Of a stretch of 64,000 bases of DNA, positions 10,525 to 22,065 are shown in pieces. Numbering within the stretch: the stretch's first letter is position 1; every line of letters begins with the position of its first letter. The stretch lies in assembly GCF_000143415.4 (NCBI RefSeq), contig NW_003314304.1, forward strand, positions 378,169-442,168, read 5' to 3'. A program made the position numbers and the translations under genes. This DNA is from Selaginella moellendorffii (lineage: Eukaryota > Plantae > Lycopodiophyta). Below the pieces are notes generated by a model. That model saw nothing but the letters and a program-made list of their open reading frames with translations. It did not search any database and was not told the DNA's origin.

Positions 10525-11936
10525 ATGGCCAAACACATCGTTGCGCTCCCATTCCCAGGCGAAGGCCATGTCTCTCCCATGATGCATCTCTCCATCTTTC
10601 TCGCCCAGCAAGGCTTCTCGATCACCTTGGCAGCCATGACAATCGGCCCATTCGATTGTTACAGCTTCATCAAGAACAAAGGAACTTGGCCGCCTCCAGG
10701 CACCACCAACATCAGCGTCAAGGAGCTCACCTCCACAGTCCCATTCCCTGCCGAGGCAATATCAGAGAACCGAGCGGACATGACGCAAATCTTGCGGTAC
10801 GCTCAAACTTACCTGGCCTTGATGGAGGAGCTCGTCCGAGCCATCCCGGACGAGGTGTGCTGCATCATCTCGGACTATCTCTTCGACTGGTGTCCAAAGC
10901 TGGCCGCGAAGCTGGGAGTTCTCGGGGTCGTGCTCATTCCAGCATCCGCCACTGTCACTTGGTGTGAGCTTAGTATCGCTCGCCTTGCTGCTGCTGGAAT
11001 GGTGCCATCGCAACCAGGTAAGCTCCAAGAGAACGAGCTAGCCTTTCTTTTCTTGCCTGTTCTTTGCTTATAGGCGAGCTAGCCGACGATGACGCCGCAG
11101 TGATCCTCACAGATCCTGAAATACGAAGGTCGGAGATACCGTGGCATTTTTGCAACGACAAAGCTTACCAGGATCACATCGCCAAGTTTAACAGCCAAGC
11201 TCTCAAGGCTGCCGATCTCGCCATCGTGAACACCTGCATGGAGCTCGAGGGCCAGATCGTGAGTGCCATATCGCAGCAAATGGATGACAAGTTCTTACCA
11301 GTCGGTCCTCTCTTTCTTCTCAACGACGAGCCACACACTGTCGGATTTGGCGTCTGCGATACCGATTGTCTCAAATGGCTCGACGAGCAGCCGCCATCTT
11401 CCGTGCTCTACATCTCTTTCGGGAGCTTTGCGGTCATGACTGGCGACCAGATGGAAGAAATCGTGCGAGGGCTGGAAGCCAGCAGCAAGAAATTCCTGTG
11501 GGTGATCCGACCCGAGCAGCCAGAAATCTCCAAGGTCCGATTTCCAAGCACGGATCAAGGAATGGTAGTCTCGTGGTCGCCCCAGACGAAAGTACTCTCC
11601 CATCCATCGGTTGGAGCTTTTCTTTCTCACTGCGGCTGGAATTCTACCGTGGAGGCCGTCGCCAGCGGCAAACCCGTCCTCTGCTGGCCGCTGCTGTTCG
11701 AGCAGAACACGAATTCCATCTCGCTGGTGAGAAAGTGGAAGGTAGGCATAAGATTTGCGAAAGGAAGGGATGGAATGGTGAGCCGTGACGAAGTGGAGAG
11801 GATCATCCGCCTGGCAATGGACGGCGAGCAGGGACGGCAGATCCGAGAGCGCGCCGAGGAGCTGGGTGAGAAGATCCGATCGAAGAATGTACCTGGCAGC
11901 GGCCTGGAGAGATTTGTCACCGCCCTCTCTGTCTGA
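10525..11936 (+). CDS. Family 1 UDP-glycosyltransferase; exons 10525-11017 and 11074-11936, about 451 aa
   Basis: HIVALPFPGEGHVSP (catalytic His), CCIISD, VLYISFGS and a complete PSPG box WSPQTKVLSHPSVGAFLSHCGWNSTVEAVASGKPVLCWPLLFEQ. A 56-bp GT-AG intron restores the frame. Confidence 0.93.
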
Positions 11937-12389
11937 GCTCCTGCCCTACAATAAAATTATTCTTGCCCTTCATTGGGCAACAATAACTTAAAATTACTAT
12001 CCTTTTTTGGGCTTGCAAGAAAACGTTTCAATCTTTTCGAAAATTTAAATTATAAATAATTTGCTAATAAAAATTTATAATTTTAAGCATGTTTGTATTT
12101 TATAAACACAAAACTAATCTTATTGCATAGATGGTAGAATAAAAAAGAATATACTAAAAGTGTTTTTAAAAGTTTATAAATTATTAACACGTTTATATAT
12201 TATAAATGCATGATTAATTTAAATGAATAGCAACCGTTAGATGGTAGAAATCCTAGAATATCCAAACATATTTTAAGTATATCCATTACCATCTTAGTCC
12301 TTTTATAGGTTTTCTTAAACAAACCAAAAACCTTTGTAACTTTTTAAATTTTGCAAAAAGTCCCTATATGAGTGTATGGAATATGGAAA

Positions 12390-12547
12390 GGGAATACAAA
12401 AAATATATATATCAATTAACCCAAAAACCCAAGAGTGAGTAATTTAGATTAAAACCAATCTAACATTTACTAAAATCCCACTATGCAAATATTAATATAT
12501 GGCATTGTAGCCATATACTTGGACCTCATATCATCCCCTCCTCTTGG
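12390..12547 (-). mobile_element. Short 3' LTR plus PPT of a degenerate LTR element, inverted homolog of LTR 13946-14078
   Basis: The reverse complement aligns with 13946-14078 and is preceded on the minus strand by the purine tract AAGAGGAGGGGATGA. Confidence 0.55.
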
Positions 12548-13620
12548 AATAATAGAAGACCATTAAGGTTCTTTCATAAATGGGCTAAGATTTAGAAGAA
12601 CATTAGGAGAAGGCATCAATGGATTTGTATGTGGTAGTAGTTGTTTTTAATCCCTTTGTACGAAGCAGTTCAATCATTACATATGCACAATTTCTGGAGG
12701 ATCGGCCTATTGGACATCATGCTAAACTTCATAAATTTGTGGTCCAACTTGCCATAATTCTTTCTATTGGATAAGGAGCCCCTTATATAAACCATGTATC
12801 ATAAAATAGGGAAAATGAACTAACACTAAATCATCCATTTTTTACTCTATAGGTGGACAATAATGAGAGTTGTAATGCCATTGTTGTCCCACTTGTACGT
12901 GCCTAGATGTTTGGCAGTCTTTATTCAAACAAGTGGAAAAATACTCGTCAAATACTAATCCCACAACTTAGTATTGGCAGGTCATGGTAATCGTGAAGGT
13001 AAACCCAACTCCATTGGTAGTGGATTATGACCATACGGGAGTTTATAGGGTGAAGCATAGTTCAATTTACTTCTATTAAAATACTAAATATAAATTCATG
13101 AATTTAGACTTTATGGGAAGTTATATATAATGCCTTGAGGTATGGATTTGGAAATGGCTTTCCTCACACTCAATCTCTCCCTAAGACCATTGTCTCAAAT
13201 AAACCTTCCAACCTGATTTGAGAAATTATTCCATATATTTAAAAACCCTTAACTAATTAAAAAATGGGGTACAATAAAGCCCCAATGGATGTTTTTTGAA
13301 GTCGTTTATTTGATTAGTTACACATGACTTTTCCTTTATAACTTTATAATTTCCTTTCCAAGCCATATAATAGAATATAGAGGCACAATATACTTATAAT
13401 ATATTTCAACCATCATATTTTTTAGAGCCACATCTATATCATCCCTTACTCACCACTTGAAATGATTGATAATTTAATTCATCATCACCTCATTGCTTCC
13501 CATGAAGTCTCTATAAACAACCCTAGTCTTTCTGTTGAATTGTCTCTAATCAGGTCATAATTAACTCAAAATGCCTAGAAATAACTACATATTTCATTAT
13601 TAGCATAAGATATTAAAGGG

Positions 13621-13752
13621 CTAAGGAAAAGTAAGTATCCATGACTAAATGAATTTTGTTGAATCATCACTAGATGGAGGGCAAGCTATGATTAAACGTC
13701 TAGTCATGATTAAACAAGATTCATTTAGTCATAGATACCTATTCTTTCTTAG
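13621..13752. repeat. Imperfect hairpin with ~56-bp arms (MITE-like or foldback)
   Basis: CTAAGGAAAAGTAAGTATCCATGACTAAATGAATTTTGTTGAATCATCACTAGATG pairs with the reverse complement of ~13697-13752; loop about 21 nt. Confidence 0.75.
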
Positions 13753-13945
13753 TTAAAATTGAATATTGTTTTGAAATGCGCTTAAACTTTTTGTTTGGCA
13801 ATTTCCAAATTTTGAGTATATTTGTAAATATGCCAAGTTTAAGGGAATTTTATATAAATTTCTCTAAAACTTATCATAGAATTCTAAAGGTGAATTAAAC
13901 TAATATTGACTAAAAATTTGAAATAGATATTTTAATTATAGAAGT

Positions 13946-16900
13946 TGTGAGGTCCAAGTGTACACTACGATAGTGGGATTTTGAAAATTGTTATATTGAC
14001 TTCAATTTAGACCACTCACTCTTATATATAACTAGGGTTTTTGGGCTAATCAAATACACACATTTTTATGCACTCACATTGGTAGAGATGAGGGGTAGCT
14101 TTGATTTTTTTTAAGGAATGTTTAGATTTAACCTTTGTATCATCTAGATCTTTTTTGTTCTTGTAGTTTTTTCATTTATTCTCTTTTGCTTTTGATTCTT
14201 TTCAATCATCTTCATAGCAAAGTAGTATACTTCTTTTTTGTAGCAATTTTCTCCTCCTTTGACTCTAAAGTAGGAATTGGTGTAGTTATTTAATACTATA
14301 TAGCTACAGCTAAATAATTAGTCAAAGTTGACAATGACGTTCAAGGTGCATAGTGCCACTCTTTTTGCTCTTAGTGTCAATCCTCACATCCAACTGAATT
14401 CTTCTATGGGAATCTTGGGGATGATATGTACTATTGATTCAATCATTTTAAAGTGATTGCTATGTATCATTCTTGGGATGATGCTTGGCATTAGTGCAAG
14501 TGTTCTATATTTCTCCAAGGGATAACATTGCAATAGTATAATGGTTTAAGTGCAACCACTTATACAAATTGGAGCATTTTCTCAAACATCTTCAAGGGTG
14601 CATTTGGACATATTGACAACTGTAATGATGCATTCTAGCAAATACATCATCTTTATCAAGGGCAATTTAAATTAAATATGCAAATTTGGTATATGCAATT
14701 CTAGAGCTTTTTGCTTCATATAAAGCCAAATATATAAAAACAAATCAAGTTGGTGTAAGGAACCGACTCCCCGAGATGTTGTAGGCTAAAGGATCCCCGA
14801 AAGCATGACCAAAATGACAAAGAGTTCATCGGATGGGACCGAGTCGAAGATTGAGTCCAAGATCAACTCAGAGACCGAGTTCGAGATAGAGTCCAGGATC
14901 GAGCCAAGGCCGAATCGGAGACCAAGTTCGAGACCGAGTTCGAGACAGAGTCCGAGATCCAAATCGGGTTCGAGACCGAGTTCGAGGTCGAGTCCGAAGT
15001 CGAGTCCGAGATCGGGTCCGAGATCGAGTCCGAGATCGAGTCCAAGACCGAGTCCGAAGTCGAGTCCAAGATCGAGTCTGAGATCGATTCTGAGACTAAG
15101 TCCAAATACTAATACAGCTCAAGGGGTGAAAGCCCAAAGTGTGTGTCTCCCAGGGGGGAGGGGGGCTGCAGGGGGTTCCAAAAGTATAGCATGGATAGTG
15201 AGGTCCAGGACCTAGTCTTGAAGGAACTCTCCAATGGTGCTTCCAAACTGACTTGAGGTTGAGACTGGGGCCGAGGGGCCTTGGGTGGGAGTGAGCATGG
15301 GCTTGGGTGGTGCCGGAGGAACCACCCAGGGAAGTGCTCAAGAACAGCTCCCACTCCCGAAAGGGAAACCGACTGCAATGCTCCCGGCTCACGTGGAGTG
15401 GTGCCCCACTTGAGTACCTTGTGGCTCATTGGTCCTCGCCCTTCCTAGGGGCTTGGGCCTTCCCTTCGGGATGGAAGTGGGGGGGTAGAGGTACCCATAC
15501 CGGGCCGTTAGGCTACGGTGTTTCACCCCGACGTCCCGAAGCAAGTGCTGCACCCAAGGCTTGGGATTTAGGGGGTCTTATGATCAAGTCTTGTGGTACC
15601 AAGGGGTGTTAGGAATCTGGAGGCTTGGTGTGCTTGGCTGCTTGTGCCTATGGGGAGTGTAGCTGAACCTTAAGTCCAATCTAACCTGGGGAGGAGGATT
15701 GGGAGAGATTTGGGAATCCGTAGATGGATGGCTAATACTTTGTTGCTTGTGCAGTGAGTAGCTGAAACCAAGTAGGACCAAGTAGGAGCTGGTACCATAG
15801 GCGAGAACCTTGGCGAGGGAACTTAGCACAAGCCAAGGCAGAGTTGGCCGGATAGTCGAGGTAAGCTGGCAAATTGGAAAGGAAAAATTTGTGGCTTACA
15901 GTTGGGAATGTTATGGGTATCACTTTACAAGATCTTATAGGACTTGTGCATGCATTTGCTTCAACCACCCTTAACAATGCTCTTCAATTGATATATTATT
16001 ATAAAACATTAGTTCCCTAGTTATATGTGTTTCAAGTCTTCTTTTTGTAGGAAATGCTCCTATTTAGGTCAAGGTTTTAGTGTGAACAATACTTTATTGG
16101 TGGTACTACAGTAGAAAGTCTTGATATAAAGATTATTTTGAGAAATGACAAGTTGTGCAAGTAGCAAAAGATTTTTGTCAATGATTTCCATCCTTCTTTC
16201 AAGATTACTATTAAGGAGTTCATTCGACACCAATTCATTTAGTATTTAATTTCTAAGCTCGTTTTTATAACAAGACATCTATTGTTATTTTTAAGAGTTT
16301 ATCTTTTATTACACGGCCAATTGCCACATGCTATTATCCATAGTTGCATTATGTGGCAAAGCTAATATTCACTCTTTTCTGGCAATGGTCATACATATAT
16401 ATATGTGCAATGGGATAAGGCAGATGTAGTTATACATATGGATGATCTCAACCTTGAGGTTCAACTATTATAAGTGGTGTTAAGTCAAGATTTTGACATT
16501 ATCATTGATTGCAATGCAATCATGCCAAATGTGATTTTATAACTTCTCCCTTTTATCTCGTACTCCCTTAAAATTACATTAAGGATATTTTGAAAGTTTA
16601 TAACCCATACTAGCCGAAGGTGTCTATAATCAAACATTCACACTTGATAAGATAAATATTCCTTGTTTTCTTTTCCTGTTTTCAATTATTTATATTCTTC
16701 TTATGGTGACAAAGTTTTCTTTTACTAGTTTTAAGTGTCTTACACCAATTGTTCATAGATTCTTGGGAGGCATTATGAAAAAGCTTGATTAGAAGGAATT
16801 TGTTTCACAATTATGGAGTTTATATATCTTCCATTCTTTTCATTTTTATTCCACTTTGTCTTTTTATTTTTACCTTTATTTCTATCACTTTTGTCTCTCT

Positions 16901-18840
16901 ATTACTTTTTGCTCTTCTCTTCCCTTTCTAAATCTTTCTAACAGTCTTTATGTTATATAGTTGATATGCTCAAGAAAGAGAATGTTAATCTCTTCAACTT
17001 TAACCTGTTATTTAGAGCCTAAATTACAATGTGTTATCTTATTCCAATTAAAAATGCTCATCCAATCAAGGTTTTTATTTGGTATTAATCACCAAATGAG
17101 ATTAAGATCTTACGTGTAAATGGCAAGGGTGTTATCTAAATGTTTTGGAATCCTTAAACATATAAACGACATTTTATCACAAAGCCTAATGAGAGTATTT
17201 GATTTTGTATTGATTATCATCCATTAAACAATATAACTATCCCAAATGTGTACCCTTTTCCTCATACTATTAATTTTTTTGATCATTAATTTACCAAGTT
17301 AGATTTTATTTCTAAGTATTAGCAAATATTGATATTTGAGGAGGATGTTCCAAAAATTTCTTTTCATACACCATTTGGTTCTTGATGATGCCATTTAGTT
17401 TGAATAATTCTTAAGTGACTTTCTAATAGATGGTGTTTATGATATATTAAAGGTGATTACCAACTTTAGTAATTGTTTTGATTAACTTTGATGAGACTTG
17501 AGTGGAGTATATCCATGATATTGACACAGTGTTGGATTAGTTGTGAGAAGTTTGTTTGAAACTAAAGTAGTCAAAGTGCATGTTTTAAGCCAAAGATAGA
17601 ACTTATCTTGGGTATTACATCTCTTATAAAGGTTTGCAAGTTAATCTTAACAAACTTATGGTTATTCTAAAATTATCTACTCTAAAGTATGTGAACGATG
17701 TGCAACATTTCCTTGGTAAGGCAAAATATCTTGGTCATTTTATTGATTATCTTTTTAATCATATTATACCATTACAAATATTGATAATCATTAATATCAT
17801 CTTTTATTTGGTCTGAGAATTTCAAATGGGCATTTAAGAATCTCAAAAGGGTGTTGACAACTCCTCCAATATTAGCATATCCTAACTACACTTAACATTT
17901 TACCTTATGTATGAATTCTTATAATATTGGTGTCAAATGTATATTAATATAAGAGAGCAAAAGTGTGTTTAATCAACATCATTTCATTGCATGAACTACT
18001 ATACAATAGAGGAGTATCTTGCAACATTTTTGGTTTCAAAAAGCTTTATAAGGACAAGCTTATTTACTATAAGTACGAAAGATTATATCTTCTATCCAAG
18101 AACTTACAGTAGTTTATTCAAGAACATCATAATGTTCCAACATCTAATAGTAGGATATGGGGGTAAACAAAAGACTCTTGCTTAGTTGAAAAAGGGATCT
18201 TTCAATGTAACAAATTATATCCTTCTTGCCCTACTTACCAAAAAATGTAAAAGAAGAATTGAGAAACATGTTATGAAGTTGTAATGCATTCTAGTACTAG
18301 TATGGCTATTTTAGAGTATGACACTTGACTTCATCATTTATTTGTTGAAGTCTAAGGGTTATGATATTTTGATGGTGGTTTTGAATCAGTTGTTAAAGAT
18401 TGCACACTTTATTCCAACTATGGAAATAGTGAATGCAAAATAAGTGGCAAAATTCTTTTTTTATGAAGTAGTGTGGGTTCATGGTTTTTCTAAAGAAATG
18501 ATCTTAGATAAGGATTTGAGATTTACAAAAAAGTTTTAGGGCACACTATTCTAGTTATTTAGTACCAAGTTTAAATTTAGTACAACTTGTCATCCTCAAA
18601 CAAATTGGTAGACTAAACACATGAATGCTCAAGTTGACAATTATTTATGGTACTATGTTATGGCAGACCAACATGCCTGGGTTGAGCATTTGGATAAAAT
18701 GCTCGTGAAGCCTTAATAGATTGTTGTTTTGAAATCAATATTTAAAGTGTTAGTTCCAACCATTAAGACTTAACTAGAGTAATTGTGCCAAAGTTGCTCT
18801 AGGGCAACTAAAGCAGTGAGAAAGGCTCAAGATAGATGAT
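13946..18840 (+). mobile_element. Old degenerate Ty3/Gypsy retrotransposon, interrupted by solo LTR 14754-15900
   Basis: Short TG...CA LTR at 13946-14078 followed by a TGG PBS-like site. RT remnants (FCIDYHPLNNITIPNVYPFP, FTKLD, FHTPFG, MPFSL) at ~17200-17450. RNase H/linker at ~17800-18100 and integrase remnants (MTLDFI, HFIPT, DKDLRFT, TTCHPQT) at ~18310-18620, in RT-RH-INT order. Confidence 0.8.
14754..15900 (+). mobile_element. Solo LTR (1147 bp) with 5-bp TSD GTTGG and an internal GAGTCC/GAGATC 6-bp minisatellite
   Basis: Termini TGTAAGG...CTTACA, flanked by GTTGG at 14749-14753 and 15901-15905. Confidence 0.9.
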
Positions 18841-18859
18841 CATGGGATGTAACATATCA

Positions 18860-19560
18860 GATGCAAATATAACTTCAGGTATCAAAAGATACTTGTTGGT
18901 CAATTCTTTAGATAGTCTTTCCTTATTGCTATGACAACAAGAGGTGGATCCCTTTATTACCCCTTCTTGTGCTAGTCGAGTTAATTAGGCATTTCAAGTG
19001 TATTTAGACTAGACAAGCATAATGATAGAATTTTCATGTGTTATTATCTAAATATACTTAGTCCAGTAAGGAGTTTTCATCTTATTGTATCTTGCACTAG
19101 TTAGTGACAAGAACCCTCGTATGTTAAGTCTAATCCTTCAATAACGCTATATGATAGCTTACCGTGTCTACCAAACACCCTTGATATCATGCCCTATATG
19201 TTTATAATAAATGTTTAGATTTGTCTAAGAGGCATATTTACAAAATGTAAAGAGTATACTAAACACCATAGTGTTGTTCCTTGTATCCTAATTCTACCAT
19301 TCCATATCTAGTAAGTTTTCAAATTTGTATCAAATATTAACTCTTAGGACTAAGCATGCATTGGGGATATAGGAGGCTCCAAATGTATAATAGGGATAGT
19401 GGTTGGAAGCATGGCTGACTATATAAGATATTAATTTGGCTCCCATTAGGTTGTGTTGCTATTTGGTTTATACCCAATTTAGGTTTAAGCCCAAGTTCCA
19501 TGTTACTCTAATCAGTGTGGTACCAACCTCCTTACCTTAAGCCACTGATATCCTAAAATT
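18860..19560 (+). mobile_element. Diverged LTR-like copy of the family at 21737 / 34572 / 36818
   Basis: Colinear similarity to 21740-22065 plus 29948-30400. Boundaries approximate. Confidence 0.6.
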
Positions 19561-19829
19561 GTGCCAAACATTGTTTGATATTTGTTTGCATGTAGAAGTT
19601 ACATTTAGGGAGTTGATGCTTATAGGGGAAGTTGAGTGCATACTGGACTCTCATTTTGTAGTGTAACAGATTTGGAGTTTGACTCTAAGTTTAGATGCAC
19701 TAAAAAATTTTAACTTAAGGAACTGATCAAAAGAAGTAGAGAATTGTGCAAAGGAGTTAATTTAGAAGGGAGAGGAATCAAGAAGAGTTTAATGGTGTAA
19801 GTAAAATATAAAGTCTCTAAGTGAGGGTA

Positions 19830-20160
19830 TAGATAACACTCTTCTCTAACATTTCCTTCATAACATCTTGATCTTGTTTGATGACTAATGTTAAACATGA
19901 ATTTCGATCAGATAAATATCCCTAGCTAGCATATGATAATATATTGCAATGTTGGCTCTAAAAGGTAGGACAAAGTCAAAGAGATGAGCATATTTCTTGA
20001 GCTAATCAATTGCTATAACACAAAGACTATATAAGAACTCTAGAGAAGGAATAGAAGACTAGAAAGGAAATATAATAGGTAGTAATAAAGAGATAAAAAT
20101 GATAAATCCAAAGGTTGAAGTATAGGGATAAAGTGGAATAACAATGAAAGAAATGGAAGA
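19830..20160 (-). mobile_element. Inverted fragment related to Gypsy internal region 16820-17140
   Basis: The reverse complement aligns with 16820-17140 (for example TTCCATTYCTTTCATT...ATTCCACTTT). Confidence 0.55.
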
Positions 20161-20388
20161 GACACGAGGAACTATAAAAAGAGGGGGAGAAGCCTCAAAA
20201 TAATATATGCTTAGTTTGATTTACTTAGACATATTCAACTCTTTATAGGGGCTTTGGAAGCAAACACTAAATTGCATAATAAGCTTGAATGGCCTCTAGT
20301 GAAGACAATGCTAAAAAGCATTGCCATAGTTATCAATATGTCTAAATGTGTGATTGAAGATGTTGGGAAAAAGCTTCAATGTATACAA

Positions 20389-21736
20389 TATAAGATACAA
20401 ATCCCTAAGTCCCAACCGAAAGTGTGCTATATAGTAGTGACTGAAATGAAAGTCTAACAAGCATAACACAGTTGGACTAAAAGCTTCAACTCAGAAAGTC
20501 AAGAGTGAGAGTAGAACTTTTTAAAAAGTGCTCAAAGAACAAGTATAAAAAAATTGATAAGTGAGTCTCTAAAAAGGGACACAAAAAGGACCAATACATG
20601 GCAAGTGTCATGATATGTGAAAGTGTCAGGATTGAGTTCGAGACTGGGTCCGAGATCAAGTTCAAGACCAAATCTAAGATCGAGTCTGAGATCAAGTCTT
20701 ATATTAAGTTTGAGATCAAGTCTAACACTAAATCCAAGATTGAATTCGAGACCAAGTTTGAGATCAAGTCTAAGACCAAGTCTGAGATTAGGTACAAGAC
20801 CGAATCCAAGATTGAGTTTAAAACTGAGTCCAAGATTGATTTCAAGACCATGTGCGAGACTGGGTCCCAAATCGAGTTCGAGACCAAGTCCAAGACTGAG
20901 TCTAAGAGATTAAGTCTGAGATTGAGTATGAGATCGGGTCCAAGATGGGGTTTGAAATCGGGTTTGAGATGGAGTATGAGATGTGGTCTAAGATAGAGGC
21001 CGAGAATGGGTTTGAGATGGAGTTTGAGTTTGAGACTGAAATTGAGATTAAGATCAAGGCGAGTCCAATTTTGAGTTTGAGTTCAAAGATGAAAGCCCAA
21101 AGGCAATCATCTCTCCCAAACCCTAATAGGTTTGGTAAGTCCTTGTAATGAAATCAATTTGGCAAGGAAAGACCTGTGTGACTCAAGAAGGTTACACTTA
21201 TGTGGTGGGTGATGATATAATTACTGAGGAGTCCAAGATTAGAGTGAACATAGATGGACAAATGTGGTGATTTGGTGAAGTGTTCAAGAGCCAACTCTAG
21301 TTCCTTCAGGAGATCGAATGGACAATGCTCTCAATCCACGTGTGTTATATGGTTAGGGCAGCTTAGTGGTAGAAGATGGGAGGAGTACCCACAAGGTTTA
21401 TATTGGGTTGTAATCTTTCAAAATATTATCCCAAAGTCCTAAATCATAAAAAGGAAGAGTGGTCCCCTTGCTTAGAGACTAAGGGTATAGTTATGTGGTG
21501 AAAAACTCCCGAATATCAATAGGATTTAGTCGTTAGGCCTTCAGACCTTGACCTAGTGGTAGTGTTAGTGAGCATTATTATGGATGGAGAGGGACTAGAA
21601 TGGACCGAATGAGGGATATTAGGGGATGATGTTCCCTATATCTTGGGGTATCCTAGGGATGTTAAAGGTGTGGTCATGGGATGACCATATATAACAAGAT
21701 GGCCTAATTTTGGAAAGATGAGACTGTGGTATTAGT
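20389..21736 (+). mobile_element. Older, CpG-decayed LTR of the same family as 22066-23992, truncated by the Copia-like insertion
   Basis: Colinear with the LTR start (ATCCCTA...GGACTAAAAGC...AAAAAGGACCAA), the minisatellite and downstream blocks, with many C>T/G>A changes. Confidence 0.8.
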
Positions 21737-22065
21737 TGTTGCGAATGTAACTATGGGTATCGAAAGTTCCTTATCGGCAAATCCTTTTAAATATCCTTTT
21801 CTTACTATTATGACAGTAAAAGGTATTGCTAGAACATTTTTCAATCCCTCTTATTCAAGTGTTAATAAATTTGACTTAGCATGTATACTGGACTGAACAA
21901 GCATAAAGAAGGAATTCTTAAGTGTTTATTTAGCCAAGCATACTTGGTCTAGTTTGTTAGTTTTCTTTTGTTTTGTCTTGCACTGGCTTGACAAAAACCC
22001 TTGTGGTATTGAGCTTTGTCCTTCAATATTTGCTAGATTATCACTTACTATGTCTATCAAACACT

